From Promethearchaeia archaeon (lineage in GTDB: Archaea > Asgardarchaeota > Lokiarchaeia > Sigyniarchaeales > SOKP01): 18,934 bases of DNA. The first letter of the stretch is position 1. Each line of letters opens with the position of its first letter. Location: contig JAHQWJ010000124.1 of assembly GCA_029856125.1 (NCBI GenBank), forward strand, positions 1 to 18,934. Reading direction: 5' to 3'. This document shows positions 17,101 to 18,934 of the stretch, piece after piece. Both the position numbers and the translations under genes were made by a program. Under the pieces are notes generated by a model, which saw only the letters and a program-made list of their open reading frames with translations, made no database searches and was not told the DNA's origin.

Positions 17101-18934
17101 CAAGAGTCCCTACTATTAACATTAACTACATATGTTGGAATATTTCTGTTAAGTTACCTAGTAGTATCAACTATCAGTCGCTACTTATTCAAAATTGAAT
17201 TTTCAAGACTCAGATGGGCTTTTGATATATCCGCATGGTTAATAATTAAATTTTTAATGTGTTTCTATCTTTTAATATTCCCTGCCCAATTATCTCTTAT
17301 ACAAAGGATTGGTTTACCTTTACTAATTGTAGTCTTCCTCAGCCCTATTACAATTTATTATCTAAGAAATAACTTTTTTATCTCTGATGAAACTCTAATC
17401 CTTTGCAAAAGACTCATCTATTTTTCTTTCTATTTTTTCTTAATTATTATATTCAGTGAATTATACTGGAATTATAGTCAGATTATTCCATTTTACAGTA
17501 CAAATCAACCACTACGACTTAGTATTTTATTCTGTGGTATTTATTCGTTATGCAATTATTATCTGGTTAAATATAATGATAGAATTGAAAATGTTTCTGA
17601 ATTCAAACTAATGAAAATATTACTTGGTCCATCTCTACTTCTATTTACTTTCTTTTCTATTTTTCCTATTTTTCCGAGTGTTTTCGAATATTTTACTTAT
17701 GTATTTTTTATTATTATGATCTATCTCTTTATTTCAAATAGGAATCGCAATTTTGTTTTTCGAACTATTAGCTACTTCTCACTTACCTTGCTAATTTTAG
17801 TAAAATTAATTACAACTCTAAATTATTATATGTTAATTCCTTCATTCGATCTATTCGGCTTATCTTTTTATCTTTTTTATTTCAGTTTTTCGCTAATGAT
17901 TGTCTTATTCTTTTCTATTGTGTTAAACATAGGGAATGGTAATGTAATCGAAAAATTCACTTTATATACATTAATATCGATTATAACCTTTCTTTTACTA
18001 CTCTACAATACCATAATTCCTTTATTATATATCATTTCTTTCTCTCTGTTCTTATTTTTGTTATTAACAGGTAATTTCTACTACAAGCAAAAAAATGATA
18101 TTTACAAGTGGTTCATCCGACCCTGTGTTTTGCTTATGGTATTTAGCCTCATTAGTTTTCTGTCTTACTATATTCTATTTAATAATCCCACTTTTATAAA
18201 TTATAATCCAATACTGACATTCACTCTAACTTTAAGCGTTACTAGTATTTCTTATGTAGGGACCTATAATAAAGCCCCAGAGAAATTCAGACGGAATTCT
18301 TTCTATATTGCCTTTTCCTCCTATATTATTTCTATTCCAACTTTTATGTATTTTTTCCTAAATGCGTCTTTTAATTTACCTGTATGGGATCCTTTCTTGC
18401 TTATAATAACCATCAATATTGGTATCCTTCTTTTCTACCTATCAGTAGGCTTTTACTACTGGAAATTCTCTTGGGTAATATGGAAAATGGGGTGGAGGTT
18501 ATGGATTATTGTTCCCTTCTTAAATTTTTATATCATTAACGAGAGTTTTACTGACATTAATATTTATACCAACGCACTAGATTTCTTTGGGATCAACATC
18601 AGTGGTTCATTTATAATATCTTTTACAATTTGTGTTTTACTTTCTCTACCCTTTTGGTACACATGGATAAAAAAACATTTCTCCCGAATTCTACTAATAG
18701 TTTGGAGTTTTAGCTTATTCTTTTTATATTGGTTTAGTCAAAATGTTTTTACTGAAAATTTAGTGATTACTAATATAGTATTTTTTGTTTTTGCAGTATC
18801 TCTTCTAATGCCGGTTTTTTATAGAATGAGAATGTGGAAGGTTATTACTCTGTTATGGTTATTTTACATTTTTATAAATGTAAGCTTCCTCGTTATATTA
18901 TTCCAAGTAATTTTATTACCACTAGAGATTAACT
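14137..18934 (+). CDS. Giant polytopic membrane protein (>1599 aa, 3'-truncated by window)
   Basis: ATG 14137 (MSSNNAEEVDTGEIKNFIKLNF...) with AGGAGG at 14121-14126. Read codon by codon there is no stop to the window end. Almost entirely hydrophobic helices separated by short loops. Confidence 0.9.
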   Translation, partial: MSSNNAEEVDTGEIKNFIKLNFVVSVSLIILIFSISSLNNNPLISVIALPILFILTYYEERANFITTFYSKYIYLFNSLGMVIIVIFWILPFFGILQFLFLTLSLYVIFYIFERLKYFQEKTVLIIQNLLVVASFTIILYSFFPIIEIVYIQFIVDPSVLLFSNILIHTFIVLAITLLSFYFLYARIRLYEKPWKLFNYCIVTLFLLLETTWFALVIIKNLALGILAVIQGELIFYTILLPIVFLLFVLFNYIIRIFSREISLNYSYYACWFLLFSIFFTIIIIFWNNFVILLLDLVFLSVFTLINLRFGHILKKVKDSTFNFIIRVDSFAILIEIFLLFYGIFSFVFLLDEFLALFLSCCIIGLIFNLIPSNVVIIPRKVKITWTLLILIFSIVIAGFFFLSANIDEIYVYLIAPIIFCFLVFAPIYYLYGEKVLKPKFIAIYTYCSSWVLMFLFFALNFFIIVIYFELHLIIGTIFNLLFITVCLIILISYGKKIRMLKESKSKSLLNIISYPIVLEIFAILITIFMIYLKLDLLLSLFLTLTIISLIVSMDSKEHKLFPKALTLILNSFTLYLGLFMVGYYSAIYTKDSFLVYFIPLILVSLLSYIPIYYLRKRNVINKKYFLIYHFICSSIIVLSVFIFNFFIITTLFSPILNWLIVLNILYITIACYYILKFGVKINVISIEKVMVIEKYISYLIMLEVFFIMFAIFNQQLQFEPLFAAYISFALTCLIINFFTNKRILFTEKISIGFNIGTLLFTSILISFYLNLFLSPSVYACIIPLLILSVTLLFPLFYSLNKNVFTSFVQKLLTFDSLVISGLIISLPYIIGLDFIRLGIAVDYYIINSSAIALFFGFLVFLEFLFDKYKLKESYFVSIKTCQIFTWVVLSFVVSLKIFAVLNSFTSNIGFNISCSSLVFLVLNLVILIPLENLKQRAFENDLSKYDYYRIYKIYEYTKNISYFFIEFMIASLTIFLVPLPIIYSLLQLQESLLLTLTTYVGIFLLSYLVVSTISRYLFKIEFSRLRWAFDISAWLIIKFLMCFYLLIFPAQLSLIQRIGLPLLIVVFLSPITIYYLRNNFFISDETLILCKRLIYFSFYFFLIIIFSELYWNYSQIIPFYSTNQPLRLSILFCGIYSLCNYYLVKYNDRIENVSEFKLMKILLGPSLLLFTFFSIFPIFPSVFEYFTYVFFIIMIYLFISNRNRNFVFRTISYFSLTLLILVKLITTLNYYMLIPSFDLFGLSFYLFYFSFSLMIVLFFSIVLNIGNGNVIEKFTLYTLISIITFLLLLYNTIIPLLYIISFSLFLFLLLTGNFYYKQKNDIYKWFIRPCVLLMVFSLISFLSYYILFNNPTFINYNPILTFTLTLSVTSISYVGTYNKAPEKFRRNSFYIAFSSYIISIPTFMYFFLNASFNLPVWDPFLLIITINIGILLFYLSVGFYYWKFSWVIWKMGWRLWIIVPFLNFYIINESFTDINIYTNALDFFGINISGSFIISFTICVLLSLPFWYTWIKKHFSRILLIVWSFSLFFLYWFSQNVFTENLVITNIVFFVFAVSLLMPVFYRMRMWKVITLLWLFYIFINVSFLVILFQVILLPLEIN
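15061..16640 (+). repeat. Three protein-level tandem repeats of 184 aa (552 nt) within the giant membrane protein
   Basis: Anchors recur at exactly 552 nt: FG/YG/FG at 15061, 15613, 16165; EIF/EIF/EVF at 15139, 15691, 16243; PIYY/PIYY/PLFY at 15412, 15964, 16516. Confidence 0.8.

Overview
AT-rich archaeal DNA, most consistent with Lokiarchaeia/Asgard (inference from a crenarchaeal-type PolB1, BHB-type tRNA introns, GGAGGTGA ribosome-binding sites and TATA promoters). In order it contains: a partial CTP-dependent isoprenoid/dolichol-kinase-family gene, an MFS transporter, DNA polymerase B1, a small tandem DUF2934-like protein, tRNA-Thr(UGU) with two non-canonical 30-nt introns, a nucleotide pyrophosphatase/alkaline-phosphatase-family enzyme, an HTH/4Fe-4S protein, a DUF134 protein, a DapL-like aminotransferase (probable ATT start), a GH4 glycosidase, a 312-aa membrane protein, and a giant (>1599 aa, truncated) polytopic membrane protein that the ORF track misses. 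The best candidate for an undescribed system is at 10463-11570 (minus strand): two tandem paralogous units. Each has a TATA box, a roughly leaderless 29-30 aa peptide ending in Val/Leu/Ile, mutually exclusive RNA helices (1:3 vs 2:4) around a U-tract, a hairpin that could mask the ribosome-binding site, and a small protein with a shared D-x-S-x3-P-G-x-I-E-x-E motif. This looks like ribosome-mediated attenuation in an archaeon. All RNA pairings were worked out by hand; no folding or database search was run.
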